Sequence record: DRR723986_623
DNA length: 64,000 nucleotides
Strand: one strand, 5' to 3'
Under the pieces are notes generated by a model. It was not told the DNA's origin. It was given only the letters and a program-made list of their open reading frames with translations, and made no database searches. A program made the position numbers and the translations under genes. Below, in pieces: positions 25,607-36,272 of this stretch (within the stretch, counting starts at the first letter, position 1; every line of letters starts with the position of its first letter).

Positions 25607-27055
25607 TCAGATCGGATAGCCCTGACCGGGGTCTTCGATGGTGATCCAGCGCAGTTCCGTGAACTCGTTGATGGCTGCCGTACCGCCGAAGCGGCCATAG
25701 CCGGAGGATTTCACACCGCCGAATGGCATCTGCGCTTCGTCAAAGACAGTCGGGCCATTGATGTGGCAGATGCCGGACTGGATGTCCTTGGCAACTTCCA
25801 GAGCCCTGCGGGTATCCTGCCCGAAGACAGCGGCCGAAAGGCCGTAGTCCGTGTCATTGGCGATTTCAATGGCGTGGGCGGTGTCGCGGGCGCGGATCAT
25901 CGTGGTGACAGGACCGAAGCTTTCCTCGCCGTAGATGCGCATCTCCGGTGTTACCAGATCGACGATGGTCGGGGCCATCACGGTGCCTTCCTCCGGCACG
26001 CCGCCGCACAGAACCTTTGCGCCTTTCGCAACGGCGTCGTCAATCAGGGCTTTGACATGGTCGACCGTGTCGCGATCGACAACCGAGCCGATATGAACCT
26101 GTTCGGTTGGCGCGCCCACTTTGAGTGCGCTGGCGCTGGCCGCGAATTTCTCCGCAAAGATGTCTGCAACGGACTGATCGACAACAACTTTTTCCGTGGA
26201 CATGCAGATCTGTCCCTGGTTCATGAAAGCGCCGAACCGGGCCGCATTGACCGCACCGTCGAGATCGGCATCGTCCAGCACCACCAGTGAAGCCTTGCCA
26301 CCAAGTTCCAGAAGGCAGGGTTTCAGGTGCTTGGCAGCACGCTCTGCGATGATCCGGCCAACGCGGGTCGATCCGGTAAAGTTGATCCGGCGCGTCAGCG
26401 GGTGATCGACCAGCGCATTGACCACTTCGGGAGCGTCAGCTGCATCGTGGGTCAGGATGTTCAGGACGCCCTTGGGCAAGCCCGCATCAGCCATGACGTT
26501 ACCCAGAAGCCTGTGCAGGCCAGGGCATTTCTCGGAGGCTTTCATCACCACCGTGTTGCCGCAGGCAATCGGCAGCGCGAAACAGCGGACGCCCAGAATG
26601 GTCGGAGCGTTCCACGGCGCCATGCCGACCAGAACGCCAACGGGCTGGCGGTAACCCATGGAAAAGGATCCGGGCTTGTCGGAGGGGATGATCTCGCCCT
26701 TGATCTGAGTTGTGGAAGCGGCCGCTTCACGCAGGATCTTGGCGGCGAACATGTTGTTGAAACCGAGCCATGGCGCGGTCGCCCCTGTCTCGCGAATGCC
26801 GACCTCGACGAATTGCGGCGTGCGTTCTTCCATGAGATCGGCAGCCTTGTTGAGGATCTTGCGCCGTTCACTCGGGCCTGTCTTCGACCACGCGGCAAAG
26901 GCAGCCTGCGCGGACTGCACAGCTCTATCGACGTCGACCGCCACCGCGGCTGCCGCCACGCTGGCGCGTTCGCCGCTAACAGGGTTCTTGCGTTCGAAGA
27001 CAGCCGCGTTGCTGGCTGCCTGGTCCTCGTTGTCGATGAAAAGGCCGTAGTCCAT
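25607..27055 (-). CDS. Aldehyde dehydrogenase (vanillin/salicylaldehyde dehydrogenase-like)
   Basis: APWNAP, FTGSTRVG, LELGGK, GQICMSTE, EESFGP, MPFGGVKSSGYGRFGG. Confidence 0.9.
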   Translation of the reverse strand: MDYGLFIDNEDQAASNAAVFERKNPVSGERASVAAAAVAVDVDRAVQSAQAAFAAWSKTGPSERRKILNKAADLMEERTPQFVEVGIRETGATAPWLGFNNMFAAKILREAAASTTQIKGEIIPSDKPGSFSMGYRQPVGVLVGMAPWNAPTILGVRCFALPIACGNTVVMKASEKCPGLHRLLGNVMADAGLPKGVLNILTHDAADAPEVVNALVDHPLTRRINFTGSTRVGRIIAERAAKHLKPCLLELGGKASLVVLDDADLDGAVNAARFGAFMNQGQICMSTEKVVVDQSVADIFAEKFAASASALKVGAPTEQVHIGSVVDRDTVDHVKALIDDAVAKGAKVLCGGVPEEGTVMAPTIVDLVTPEMRIYGEESFGPVTTMIRARDTAHAIEIANDTDYGLSAAVFGQDTRRALEVAKDIQSGICHINGPTVFDEAQMPFGGVKSSGYGRFGGTAAINEFTELRWITIEDPGQGYPI

Positions 27056-27090
27056 GGGATCCTCCGTTGTGTTGGTCTTGTTTGGTCCCG

Positions 27091-27792
27091 TCAGTCGTCC
27101 GGGCCTGCGAACAGGGCGGAGTAGACGAGTGTCTGGTTGGCGTGTTCGCGCATGATCGATTCAGCGCGCTGTGGGTCGCGTTTCGAGATCGCGTCGAAGA
27201 TGAGGCGGTGCTGCATGTTGCCCAGGCGCAGGCGCATCATGTCTTCTTCGGCCTTGTCGGCGCTGAACACCACCGTGCCCAGCTTGAGCATCGGGAGGCT
27301 TTCCATGCGATCGAACGCATAGCCGATGTAGTCGTTGCCGCACTGGCGCATGATCGTCTCGTGAAAGGCGACATTGCCGTCCTGATAGCGCGCGATCTTG
27401 TCACCATCCGCCGATGTGTCGGTTAGCGCGATGTCCATGTCCTTGATGACGGATTTCAGCGTCGCCTCGACGTCCTTGCTCATGCCGCTCTTGGCAAGCG
27501 TGCCGGCAGCCAAGCCTTCCAGTACACCACGCACCTCGTAGGCGTGCTTGATGTCGCCCAGATTGAATTCCTGCACCGTGAAGCCGCGACCATCACGCTT
27601 CTTGATGAGACCTTCCACCTCCAACGCGCGCAATGCCAGACGTGCAGGTGTTCGCGACACGTCGAACATGTCGGCGACGCTCACTTCGCTGATCTTCGAG
27701 CCCGGTGCCAGCGAGCCGTCCATGATCATGCGGTGAAGAACTGCCAGCACGCGCTTGTCGGACGGGGCTGTTTCATTTGCCTTGGTCGTCAT
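27091..27792 (-). CDS. GntR/FCD-family regulator (VanR-like)
   Basis: IMDGSLAPGSKISE...VSRTPAR wHTH; YEVRGVLEG, N..FH, QH, MREH FCD motifs. Start moved to MTTKAN. Confidence 0.88.
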   Translation of the reverse strand: MTTKANETAPSDKRVLAVLHRMIMDGSLAPGSKISEVSVADMFDVSRTPARLALRALEVEGLIKKRDGRGFTVQEFNLGDIKHAYEVRGVLEGLAAGTLAKSGMSKDVEATLKSVIKDMDIALTDTSADGDKIARYQDGNVAFHETIMRQCGNDYIGYAFDRMESLPMLKLGTVVFSADKAEEDMMRLRLGNMQHRLIFDAISKRDPQRAESIMREHANQTLVYSALFAGPDD

Positions 27793-27807
27793 CTGTCCTT
27801 GCCATTT

Positions 27808-27955
27808 TCGGATCCATACCAGTTCGAAGGCATGGACCTTATCATGAGCATTTTCATATTTATGTATCCAAAAACAACTGATTGTCATTATAAAATTTCT
27901 GAAATCACTGTTATTGGATGCAATATGTTGCAAAGTTGAAAATTTATGGATACAA
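27808..27955. promoter_or_regulatory. Candidate GntR/VanR operators in the divergent promoter region
   Basis: ATTGGATGCAAT 27913-27924; related TGTATCCA 27863-27870, TGGATACA 27947-27954, CGGATCCA 27809-27816. Confidence 0.65.
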
Positions 27956-28004
27956 AATTGATGCGCGATCAAACGCATGATCTGCGCGACTGGGAGGAGT
28001 TCTG

Positions 28005-29198
28005 ATGCGTAGAATAGTTTTTGGAGCGACCGCGCTTGCCGCGGCGCTGCTGGCCTCCACGGCCTTTGCCGCGGACCCGATCAAGATCGGCCGCGTGGTG
28101 CATATGACCGGTCCGGCGGCAGGAGGTGATGCTGCCAGCCACAGCCCGAATGTGGAGCTCTGGGTTAGCCAGGTAAACGGACGCGGCGGCCTGATGGTCG
28201 GCGGCGAGCGCCGTCCTTTGGAGCTGGTCGAATATGACGACAAATCCAATCCGGCCGAGATGATCAAGGCGGTGCAGCGTCTCGCCACGCAGGATGAAGT
28301 CGATTTTCTGCTGACGCCCTGGGGCACCGGTTTCAACGCGGCAGCCGCGCCGATCTTCGCAAAATACGGTTATCCGCAAATCTCGGTGACCAACATCACC
28401 GACGAGATCGAGGAACTTTCCGAACGGTTTCCGAACATGTTCTTCACCCTCGGCAACACGACCGGTTTTGTCGAGGGCCTGCGCGACACCTTGAACAAGC
28501 TTCGTGACAACGGTGCCATCGGTAACAAGGTGGCCATGGTCAACGTCGCAGATGCCTTCGGCATAGAGCTTGCGGCCGTCGCCCGTGAAGTCCTGCCGGC
28601 GGCTGGCTACGAGATTGTCTTCGACAAGTCCTACCCCCTCGGCACGGCGGATCTGTCCCCGGTGGTCAAGGGAGCCAAGGCGACGGAACCGGATGCGTTC
28701 ATCGCCTTTTCCTATCCGCCGGATACCTTTGCCCTGACGGAGCAGGCGATCATTGAAAATCTCGATGTCGGCGCTTTCTACACGGCGGTTGCGACAGCGT
28801 TTCCCGCCTACGCCGGCAAGTTCGGCAGCAAGATCGAGGGTAATCTCGGGGCAGGTGGCGTCAATCTCGATCTGGAGCCGATGACGGAATACCGCGCGGC
28901 CTTCAACGAGCTTCACGGCAACCAGCCTGAATATTGGGCTGCAGCCACCTACTATGCCAGCCTGCAGGTTCTGGAACAGGCGATCGAAGGGGCTGACAGT
29001 ACGGATCGCGAGGCCGTGACCGAGTACATCAAGGCCAACAGCTTCGACACCGCCCTCGGCACGATCAGCTTCGACAAGCACAATGAATCGAAGCACTACT
29101 GGACGGTGGGCCAATGGCACGACGGCCAGTTCAATGCCGTCGCCGGCGTCGGTGTCCCGGTTGCGGTCGAGCCGGTCGCCAAGGAAGGCTGGAACTGA
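28005..29198 (+). CDS. ABC transporter substrate-binding protein (branched-chain/aromatic, type I)
   Basis: Signal peptide, PIKIG, YDDKS, LivJ-like layout. Confidence 0.9.
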   Translation: MRRIVFGATALAAALLASTAFAADPIKIGRVVHMTGPAAGGDAASHSPNVELWVSQVNGRGGLMVGGERRPLELVEYDDKSNPAEMIKAVQRLATQDEVDFLLTPWGTGFNAAAAPIFAKYGYPQISVTNITDEIEELSERFPNMFFTLGNTTGFVEGLRDTLNKLRDNGAIGNKVAMVNVADAFGIELAAVAREVLPAAGYEIVFDKSYPLGTADLSPVVKGAKATEPDAFIAFSYPPDTFALTEQAIIENLDVGAFYTAVATAFPAYAGKFGSKIEGNLGAGGVNLDLEPMTEYRAAFNELHGNQPEYWAAATYYASLQVLEQAIEGADSTDREAVTEYIKANSFDTALGTISFDKHNESKHYWTVGQWHDGQFNAVAGVGVPVAVEPVAKEGWN

Positions 29199-29206
29199 AG
29201 ACCTTC

Positions 29207-29230
29207 GGACCGGCCGGCTCGGGCCGGTCC
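29207..29230 (+). other. GC-rich stem-loop between binding-protein and permease genes
   Basis: GGACCGGCC...GGCCGGTCC perfect 9-bp stem; typical position for an mRNA-stabilising hairpin. Confidence 0.55.
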
Positions 29231-29257
29231 GGATCGTCTCGCGAGATGGTAGTTTAG

Positions 29258-30121
29258 ATGGACATCCTGATTTCCGGCCTGCTTCTGGGCGGAACCTATG
29301 CGCTCATAGCCATGGGGCTCAATCTGCAATATGGCGTCGCCCGGATCATGAACCTTGCCAATGGCGAGGTTCTGGTCATGGGAGCACTGGCGTCGTTTCT
29401 TGCCTTTACCGCGGCTAGCTTAAGTCCGCTGATCACGGTGTTCCTCGTGGCGCCATTGGCGTTCGCAACCAGCTGGCTGGTTTACCGCGTCCTGCTTCTG
29501 CCGCTTGTCCGGCGGGCAAAAACGCAGGGCCAGCTGGAGGTGGACTCCATTCTGGCAACCTTCGGAATGGCTTTCATTCTGGTGGGCACCATGGTGTTGA
29601 TCTATCCGGAACTGTTTGCCTATTCCTTCCTTGCCGTTCCGGTGGACGTTGCCGGAACGACGGTTGCCGCCAACCGGCTGGTTGCCTTCGGCGGGGCCGT
29701 GGCCATCAGTCTGGCGCTTTATCTCTGGCTGAACCGGTCCAACGCCGGATTGGCTGTCCGGGCTGTTGCCGTCAGTCCGATGGCCGCCGGTCTTGTCGGC
29801 ATCAACGTCGAACGCATCAGCGCGCTGGCCTTTGCCATCGGTGGCACGATCACGGCGATGGGGGGCGTGCTGATTTCAACCTTCGTCACGCTGGATCCGT
29901 CGTTCGGTGTCATCTTCACCATGAAGGCGTTGATCATCGTGATCATGGGCGGGGTCGGCGACATTCGCGGGGCGATTGTAGCTGCGCTGATCCTGGGCGT
30001 GGTGGAAACCGCCGTGGCGACGCTGATCGATCCGGGGCTGACCCTGGCTGCTGCCTACACGATCTTTCTGCTTGTTCTCCTGTTTCGGCCCCAGGGTCTG
30101 TTTGGCAGGAGACCCGCATGA
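29258..30121 (+). CDS. ABC permease (LivH-like)
   Basis: YALIAMGLNL.YGV..IMNLANGE, IMGGVG. Confidence 0.9.
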   Translation: MDILISGLLLGGTYALIAMGLNLQYGVARIMNLANGEVLVMGALASFLAFTAASLSPLITVFLVAPLAFATSWLVYRVLLLPLVRRAKTQGQLEVDSILATFGMAFILVGTMVLIYPELFAYSFLAVPVDVAGTTVAANRLVAFGGAVAISLALYLWLNRSNAGLAVRAVAVSPMAAGLVGINVERISALAFAIGGTITAMGGVLISTFVTLDPSFGVIFTMKALIIVIMGGVGDIRGAIVAALILGVVETAVATLIDPGLTLAAAYTIFLLVLLFRPQGLFGRRPA

Positions 30122-31041
30122 ACAATTCAGCCCTTGCGATGCCCGGCGCGGCAGCGCTTCTGGTCGCCGCCGCATGCGTTCCCTTTGTTGCAGACGGCTA
30201 CTGGCTGTCGATCGCCGTAACCGTTCTGATGTATGCCGCCCTTGCCACTTCATGGTCTCTGTTTTCCGGGCCGACCCATTACATTGCCCTGTCGACGGGC
30301 GCCTTTTTCGGCATTGGCGGTTATCTGGTCGGCCTCGGCATGAGCGACTACGACCAGAGCTTCTGGGCCATGGCAGCACTCGCTCCCGTTGTCGCGACAG
30401 CGCTCGCCGCGCTGATCGGCTGGGCAACCCTGCGCCTGTCCGGTGTCTATTTCGTCATCTTCACGCTCGGTCTTGCGGAAATGGTCCGCAACCTCGTCAG
30501 CTGGGTGCAGAACAATTTCCTCGGCAGCCGCGGGCTCTATGTGCTCACCGACCTGGATGAAACGCATATCTACTGGATGTTGCTTGCCGTTCTTGCGGCC
30601 GTGTTCGCGTTCGGCTGGTGGCTTGGGCGGTCGCGGCTCGGGTTCGCGCTGCGCATTCTTGGCAATGACGAGGCCGTGGCGCGTCATGTCGGCATCAACA
30701 CCGCGCGCACCAAGGTCCTGATGTTCATGACCACCGGCTTCGTCGCCGCTCTCGTCGGCGCCATCGTCGCACCGCGCTACTACTACATCGAACCCAATGT
30801 CGTGTTCTCGCCGGAACTCAGTTTTGTCGTTGTCATCATGGCTCTTCTGGGCGGCACGCGGAAACTTTACGGCCCGCTTCTGGGCGTTCTTCCCTTCACG
30901 CTCCTGTGGGAGGTGATTTCTGTCTCTTTCCCCAATGCCACCACGCTGGTTCTGGGGCTCGCCTTTCTTTTGATCGTCTATTTCCTGCCGAATGGTGTCA
31001 CCGGTCTTTTCGGCAAGCTTCTGGCAGGGAGGTCGTCATGA
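30118..31041 (+). CDS. ABC permease (LivM-like)
   Basis: LRLSGVYFVIFTLG, SRLGFALR, LLGG. Confidence 0.9.
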   Translation: MNNSALAMPGAAALLVAAACVPFVADGYWLSIAVTVLMYAALATSWSLFSGPTHYIALSTGAFFGIGGYLVGLGMSDYDQSFWAMAALAPVVATALAALIGWATLRLSGVYFVIFTLGLAEMVRNLVSWVQNNFLGSRGLYVLTDLDETHIYWMLLAVLAAVFAFGWWLGRSRLGFALRILGNDEAVARHVGINTARTKVLMFMTTGFVAALVGAIVAPRYYYIEPNVVFSPELSFVVVIMALLGGTRKLYGPLLGVLPFTLLWEVISVSFPNATTLVLGLAFLLIVYFLPNGVTGLFGKLLAGRSS

Positions 31042-31769
31042 CACCAGGACAACCGATCCTTCACGTGGAAAGCCTCAGCAAGCGCTTCGGCGGTCTTGTT
31101 GCAGTCAACAATGTCAGTTTCCAGGTACTCGAGCATGAGGTGATGGGGCTGATCGGGCCGAACGGATCCGGCAAGTCCACGACCATGAACATGATTTCCG
31201 GCGCCCTGAAGCCGAGCTCCGGGGCGATCATTCTCAAGGGGCAGGATCTGACCAGGAAAAAGCCCCACGAAATTGCCCGCTCTGGCGTTTCCAGAACCTT
31301 TCAGCTTGTCCGCATTCTGCCGGAGCTGACCGTGCTGGAAAACGTCATCGCCGGCGGCGTCTTCGGCCACGCCAGGCGCTGGGGCAATGAGGTGGAAACC
31401 TACGCGGCGGAGCTTCTGGCAAGGGTCGGTCTGGAAGGGCAAAGTGGCAAGCCGGTCTCCGCGCTGACCTACATCGACCAGAAGCGGCTGGAACTTGCCC
31501 GCGCGCTCGCCAGTGAACCGGAAGTCCTTCTTCTGGACGAGTGGCTCGCCGGTCTCAATCCTTCCGAACTGACGGTCGGCATCGATCTGATTGCCAGCCT
31601 GCGCCAGGAGGGGCGGACGATCATTCTTGTCGAACATGTCATGGACGCCATCCGCTCGCTATGCGACCGGTGCCTTGTGATCAACTCCGGCGCCCGGATT
31701 GCCGAAGGCACACCGGAAGACGTGCTTTCCGACCCGGAAGTCATCCGGGCCTACCTGGGGGACGGCTGA
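31038..31769 (+). CDS. ABC ATP-binding protein (LivG-like)
   Basis: GPNGSGKST, RTFQ, LLLDE, VEH; ATGA overlap. Confidence 0.92.
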   Translation: MTPGQPILHVESLSKRFGGLVAVNNVSFQVLEHEVMGLIGPNGSGKSTTMNMISGALKPSSGAIILKGQDLTRKKPHEIARSGVSRTFQLVRILPELTVLENVIAGGVFGHARRWGNEVETYAAELLARVGLEGQSGKPVSALTYIDQKRLELARALASEPEVLLLDEWLAGLNPSELTVGIDLIASLRQEGRTIILVEHVMDAIRSLCDRCLVINSGARIAEGTPEDVLSDPEVIRAYLGDG

Positions 31770-32479
31770 TGCTGGATATCAACGGGCTCACCGTCACCTA
31801 TGGTCTTCATGCAGCCCTTCAGGGTGTCAGCCTGACCGCATCGAAAGGCGAGATCGTCGTCATTCTGGGTGCAAACGGGGCCGGCAAGAGTTCGCTGTTG
31901 CGGGCCATCGCCGGGATCAGTGAAGGAACGGTCAGTGGTGAGGCAGCACTCGCTGGCCAATCCCTTCGCCAGATGAAAGCGGACAGGATCGTCGAGGCTG
32001 GAATAGCCTTCGTGCCGGAAGGCCGAGGCATATTCGGCGATCTCAGTGTCTGGGAAAACCTGATGCTGGGCGCCTATCCGGAGCGGGCGCGAGCAAGCCG
32101 GCAGGAAAATCTGGAAAAGGTGGTTGCTCTCTTTCCGAAGCTGGCACAGCGGCGCAACCAGACCGCCCGAACCATGTCGGGTGGAGAACAGCAGATGGTG
32201 GCCATCGGCCGCGCCATGATGTCGAACCCGGACATCCTGATGCTGGACGAGCCGTCCCTTGGCCTGTCGCCACTCCTGTCGGGCGAACTCTTCGAGAACC
32301 TGTCGCGCATCCGGGAAACCGGCATCGGCGTCCTTCTGGTCGAACAGAACGCCAAGCGAAGCCTGGCGATCGCGGACAGGGGTTATCTGATTGAAAACGG
32401 CCTGATCACAGGCGCTGATACGGCATCTGCCCTGCTCAATGATCCGGCCGTACAGAAAGCCTATCTCGGATCGGGATAA
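31769..32479 (+). CDS. ABC ATP-binding protein (LivF-like)
   Basis: GANGAGKSS, MSGGEQQM, LDEPSLGL, VEQN; TGATG overlap. Confidence 0.92.
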   Translation: MLDINGLTVTYGLHAALQGVSLTASKGEIVVILGANGAGKSSLLRAIAGISEGTVSGEAALAGQSLRQMKADRIVEAGIAFVPEGRGIFGDLSVWENLMLGAYPERARASRQENLEKVVALFPKLAQRRNQTARTMSGGEQQMVAIGRAMMSNPDILMLDEPSLGLSPLLSGELFENLSRIRETGIGVLLVEQNAKRSLAIADRGYLIENGLITGADTASALLNDPAVQKAYLGSG

Positions 32480-32511
32480 ACACCGGGCCGGAGAATAAGC
32501 AATTGTCCGCC

Positions 32512-32542
32512 TTGACCTTCCAGCAACTGGAGGGCCTATCTG
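32512..32542 (+). promoter_or_regulatory. CueR-dependent promoter of copA
   Basis: -35 TTGACC, 19-bp spacer, -10-like TATCTG, with dyad CCTTCCAG-caa-CTGGAGGG: MerR-type architecture. Confidence 0.85.
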
Positions 32543-32576
32543 ATGAGGAGATCGAAGATCCATCAGGGCGAACATC

Positions 32577-34934
32577 ATGCAGGATACAGCGATCCAGCCG
32601 AACCAGACTGGCGAGGCAGGCAAGGTTAGGGACCCGGTCTGCGGCATGTCGGTTACTCTTGGAAAAGGCAAGCCGAGCCTGAAATACAAGGGCGAGGAGT
32701 TCCACTTCTGCAGTCCGAAGTGTCACGACAAGTTCGAGGCTGATCCCTATTTCTATGTGTCCGGCAATAGCAGGACGAAAAAGGCGATGGAGGCGGAACA
32801 GTCCGCCAAGGGCGCGCTTTATACCTGCCCCATGCACCCGCAAATCGTCCAGGAAGGTCCGGGAACCTGCCCGATTTGCGGGATGGCACTGGAACCGCAG
32901 AGCGGCGTTTCCGACGAACCCAATCATGAGCTGATCGATTTTACCCGCAGGCTCTGGGTTAGTGCCCTGGCGGCTGTCCCGCTTCTGATCCTGACCATGG
33001 GGCCGATGGTCGGCGTGCCGATCCGCGACTGGATCGGCGAAGGCGTTGCGATCTACCTGGAAGTCCTGCTGGCTACGCCGGTAGTCCTTTGGGCAGCCTT
33101 GCCTTTTTTCCAGCGGGGCTGGGCGTCTCTGGTCACTCGCAATTTCAACATGTGGACACTGATCATGATCGGTGTCGGTGCAGCCTATCTCTATTCCATG
33201 ATAGCCGCTTTCCTGCCTTTCCTGTTTCCGGATGCGCTGAAGGGACCGGAAGGCCATATGCCGGTTTATTTCGAGGCGGCGGTGGTGATTATCGCGCTGG
33301 TCTTCGTCGGCCAGGTGCTGGAACTGAGCGCCCGCGAACGCACGGGCGACGCGATCCGCGCCCTGCTGGACCTTGCCCCCAAGACAGCCCGGCGGATCAC
33401 GCCGGAGGGTGACGAATACGACGCACCGCTTGAGAATATCCTCGCAGGGGATCTGTTGCGCGTTCGCCCAGGCGAGGCTGTTCCGGTCGACGGCGTGGTC
33501 AAGGAGGGTGGTTCATCCGTCGATGAAAGCCTTGTCACCGGGGAACCGGTTCCGGTTGAAAAGAACCCGGGAGACAAGGTTACCGGCGGAACGCTCAACA
33601 AGACCGGGTCCTTCACCATGGAGGCGAAGCTGGTCGGTGCGGACACCATGCTGTCCAAGATCGTCGACATGGTCGCCTCCGCGCAACGTTCACGCGCCCC
33701 GATCCAGGGGCTGGCCGATCGCGTTGCAGGATATTTCGTGCCTGCGGTACTCGGTGTGGCGGTGCTTGCTTTCGTGATGTGGCTGTTCGTAGGTCCAAGC
33801 CCTGCATTCGTTCACGCGGTTGTCGCGGCCGTCTCGGTGCTCATTATCGCTTGTCCGTGTGCACTCGGCCTTGCCACCCCGATGTCGATCATGACGGCGA
33901 CAGGCAGAGGCGCGCAGGCCGGCGTTCTGGTAAAGACCGCCGAAGGTCTGGAACGGCTAGCAGCGGTGGATACGATCGTCGTTGACAAGACGGGAACCCT
34001 TACCGAAGGCAAACCGGTTGTCGATGAGATTGTTCCGGCCGCCGGCAAAAGCGAAATGGAGCTTCTGCGGCTGGCCGGCGCGCTTGAAAAAGGCTCGGAA
34101 CACCCGCTTGCCGAAGCGATCCTCGGGGCGGTTAAAAGCCAGGATCTGGATCTGCCCAGGGCAGAAAACTTCGAAGCCGTCACGGGGAAAGGCGTGCGTG
34201 CACGGGTCGATGATGCAGTCGTTCTTTTTGGCAACGCCGCTTTTGCCAGCGAAAGTGGCGCCGATTTGTCCGATCTTGGCGATCGTGCCGAAGAACTGGC
34301 TGAGCTGGGCAAGACGGTGATGTATCTGGTGCAGGAGGCTGGTGAGACAGCGCAGCTTCTTGGGCTCATCGCCGTTGCGGATCCGGTCAAGGCAAATGCC
34401 AGGGCAGCCATCAGCGCCCTGCATGACGACGGTATCAGGATCGTCATGGCGACGGGCGATGCGCCCCGCACGGCAGACGCCGTAGCCAAGCTGCTGGGGA
34501 TTGACGAGGTTCACGCCGGTGTGTTGCCGGAAGGCAAGAAAAAGCTCATTGAAGACCTGAAGTCCAGGGGAGCAACGGTTGCCATGGCTGGTGACGGTGT
34601 CAACGATGCGCCCGCATTGGCTGCTGCCGATGTTGGTCTTGCCATGGGCACGGGGGCCGATGTCGCGGTGGAAAGCGCCGGACTGACGCTGCTCAAGGGC
34701 GACCTGGAAGGCATCCTGCGCGCCCGGAAGCTCGCCCGCGAGACGGTCCGCAACATCCGGCAGAACCTCTTCTTCGCCTTCGTCTATAATGCGGTCGGTG
34801 TGCCTGTGGCGGCCGGTGTGCTCTATCCGGTCTTCGGCATACTGCTGTCGCCGATGCTGGCCGCCGCCGCCATGAGCCTGTCTTCGGTTTCGGTTATCAG
34901 CAACGCGCTGCGTCTGCGCACGCTGAAGCTTTAA
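32577..34934 (+). CDS. copA: Cu(I)-translocating P1B-type ATPase with YHS and heavy-metal-binding domains
   Basis: DPVCGM..FCS..C, YTCPMHP..CPICGM, TGE, CPCALG, DKTGT, HP, GDGVND, YN, MSLSS. Confidence 0.95.
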   Translation: MQDTAIQPNQTGEAGKVRDPVCGMSVTLGKGKPSLKYKGEEFHFCSPKCHDKFEADPYFYVSGNSRTKKAMEAEQSAKGALYTCPMHPQIVQEGPGTCPICGMALEPQSGVSDEPNHELIDFTRRLWVSALAAVPLLILTMGPMVGVPIRDWIGEGVAIYLEVLLATPVVLWAALPFFQRGWASLVTRNFNMWTLIMIGVGAAYLYSMIAAFLPFLFPDALKGPEGHMPVYFEAAVVIIALVFVGQVLELSARERTGDAIRALLDLAPKTARRITPEGDEYDAPLENILAGDLLRVRPGEAVPVDGVVKEGGSSVDESLVTGEPVPVEKNPGDKVTGGTLNKTGSFTMEAKLVGADTMLSKIVDMVASAQRSRAPIQGLADRVAGYFVPAVLGVAVLAFVMWLFVGPSPAFVHAVVAAVSVLIIACPCALGLATPMSIMTATGRGAQAGVLVKTAEGLERLAAVDTIVVDKTGTLTEGKPVVDEIVPAAGKSEMELLRLAGALEKGSEHPLAEAILGAVKSQDLDLPRAENFEAVTGKGVRARVDDAVVLFGNAAFASESGADLSDLGDRAEELAELGKTVMYLVQEAGETAQLLGLIAVADPVKANARAAISALHDDGIRIVMATGDAPRTADAVAKLLGIDEVHAGVLPEGKKKLIEDLKSRGATVAMAGDGVNDAPALAAADVGLAMGTGADVAVESAGLTLLKGDLEGILRARKLARETVRNIRQNLFFAFVYNAVGVPVAAGVLYPVFGILLSPMLAAAAMSLSSVSVISNALRLRTLKL

Positions 34935-34945
34935 GGAAAAGAAAA

Positions 34946-35371
34946 ATGAATATCGGTGAAGCCTCCGAACAGAGCGGACTGCCGGTCAAGACGATCCGCT
35001 ACTACGAGGATATCGGCCTCGTCCGCCCTCTGCGCAGCGAGAACGGATATCGCGATTTTATCGACGCGGATCTCCAGCGGCTGAAGTTCCTTCAAAGGTC
35101 GCGCAGCCTTGGATTTTCCATCGACGAGTGCCGTGAACTTCTGTCTCTCTACGAGGACCGCAACCGGGCAAGTGCCGACGTCAAGGCGATCACCCGGGCG
35201 AAAATCAAGGAAGTGGATCGCAAGATCGAGGAACTGCGCTCACTCAAGAAGGTTCTGTCAGAGCTGGTGACCGCCTGCCATGGTGACGATCGGCCCAACT
35301 GTCCGATCATCGACGATTTGTCCGGCCAGCATGACCACGATCAGCTGGATGAAGATAGCAGGCAGGCTTGA
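34946..35371 (+). CDS. cueR: Cu(I)-responsive MerR regulator
   Basis: MNIGEAS..SGL..KTIRYYE; C-terminal CHGDDRPNCPI. Confidence 0.95.
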   Translation: MNIGEASEQSGLPVKTIRYYEDIGLVRPLRSENGYRDFIDADLQRLKFLQRSRSLGFSIDECRELLSLYEDRNRASADVKAITRAKIKEVDRKIEELRSLKKVLSELVTACHGDDRPNCPIIDDLSGQHDHDQLDEDSRQA

Positions 35372-35796
35372 TGAGCAGGATCTTTCTGACAGTTTCAGCG
35401 ATCTTGTCCGTAATTGTGCTGGGCATTCTGTTCTGGGGGCTCGTGTCCGGAAAGGAACAACCGCCTGCCGCCAGTGGAGCCGCACTGGTGTCGGTGCAAG
35501 TCCCGGCCCTGGAAGGAGACGCCCTGGCTGGCGAAACTCTTTTTCGCGAAAACTGCGCGAGTTGTCATGGCGACAACGCTGCCGGGCGCGATGGCATCGC
35601 GCCTCCGCTGGTACACAAGATTTACGAGCCTGGCCATCACGCCGACGGGGCCTTTCTACTCGCAGTCTCCCGTGGCGTGCGTGCGCACCACTGGCCATTT
35701 GGCGATATGCCGCCCGTGGATGGCGTCAGCCAGGAGGATGTACAAAAGATCGTTGCCTATGTGCGTGCGCTTCAGCGGGCAAACGGGATCAACTGA
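35368..35796 (+). CDS. Membrane-anchored monoheme cytochrome c
   Basis: N-terminal TM helix, CASCH, HHW.FG.MP; overlaps the cueR stop. Confidence 0.88.
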   Translation: MMSRIFLTVSAILSVIVLGILFWGLVSGKEQPPAASGAALVSVQVPALEGDALAGETLFRENCASCHGDNAAGRDGIAPPLVHKIYEPGHHADGAFLLAVSRGVRAHHWPFGDMPPVDGVSQEDVQKIVAYVRALQRANGIN

Positions 35797-36272
35797 ACTC
35801 GAGGGGCGGGCGCGAGCTTTGAACCTGAGGGGTGTTTGTTGGCCTCGGCTGTCGCGCCATCTTTCCGAACCGGTCATGAAAGAGGGATGGCCGGCGGCCG
35901 AGTGTCTGGTGCATTGATTGCGACTTGGGACTGGAATTGCAATGAGCTGCCACCAGGCAATTCGTATCAAGAAATAGCATTCTCTTCACGTATCGGCATG
36001 GTTCTGCGGTCAACCGGCTTGCCTCATCCCGCCGCATGTTTTACCTGACGGAAAACTTATTCGAAAAAGCGGCCTGTCGTTTGCCTGTTGCGGGCAGTCG
36101 GCAGGCAATAACATTTGCGGTCGTTCAACCTGTGTTCATGTGTCTTGGCATATGTCTTGGCATAAATGCAGGTGCGGTCATTGAAGATAAGAAACAGGTG
36201 TCCTGCTGGATCAGTATGGCAGGAGCATCGACAGAAATTGTGCTCGGGACAGGCCAGAGGAGACGAAACGTC

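Noticed and set aside
36141-36170. Sigma-54 promoter upstream of the rnd-lpt-rpoN genes
   Set aside because: TGGCA is present but there is no GC at the required GG-N10-GC spacing; it is a 12-bp tandem duplication.
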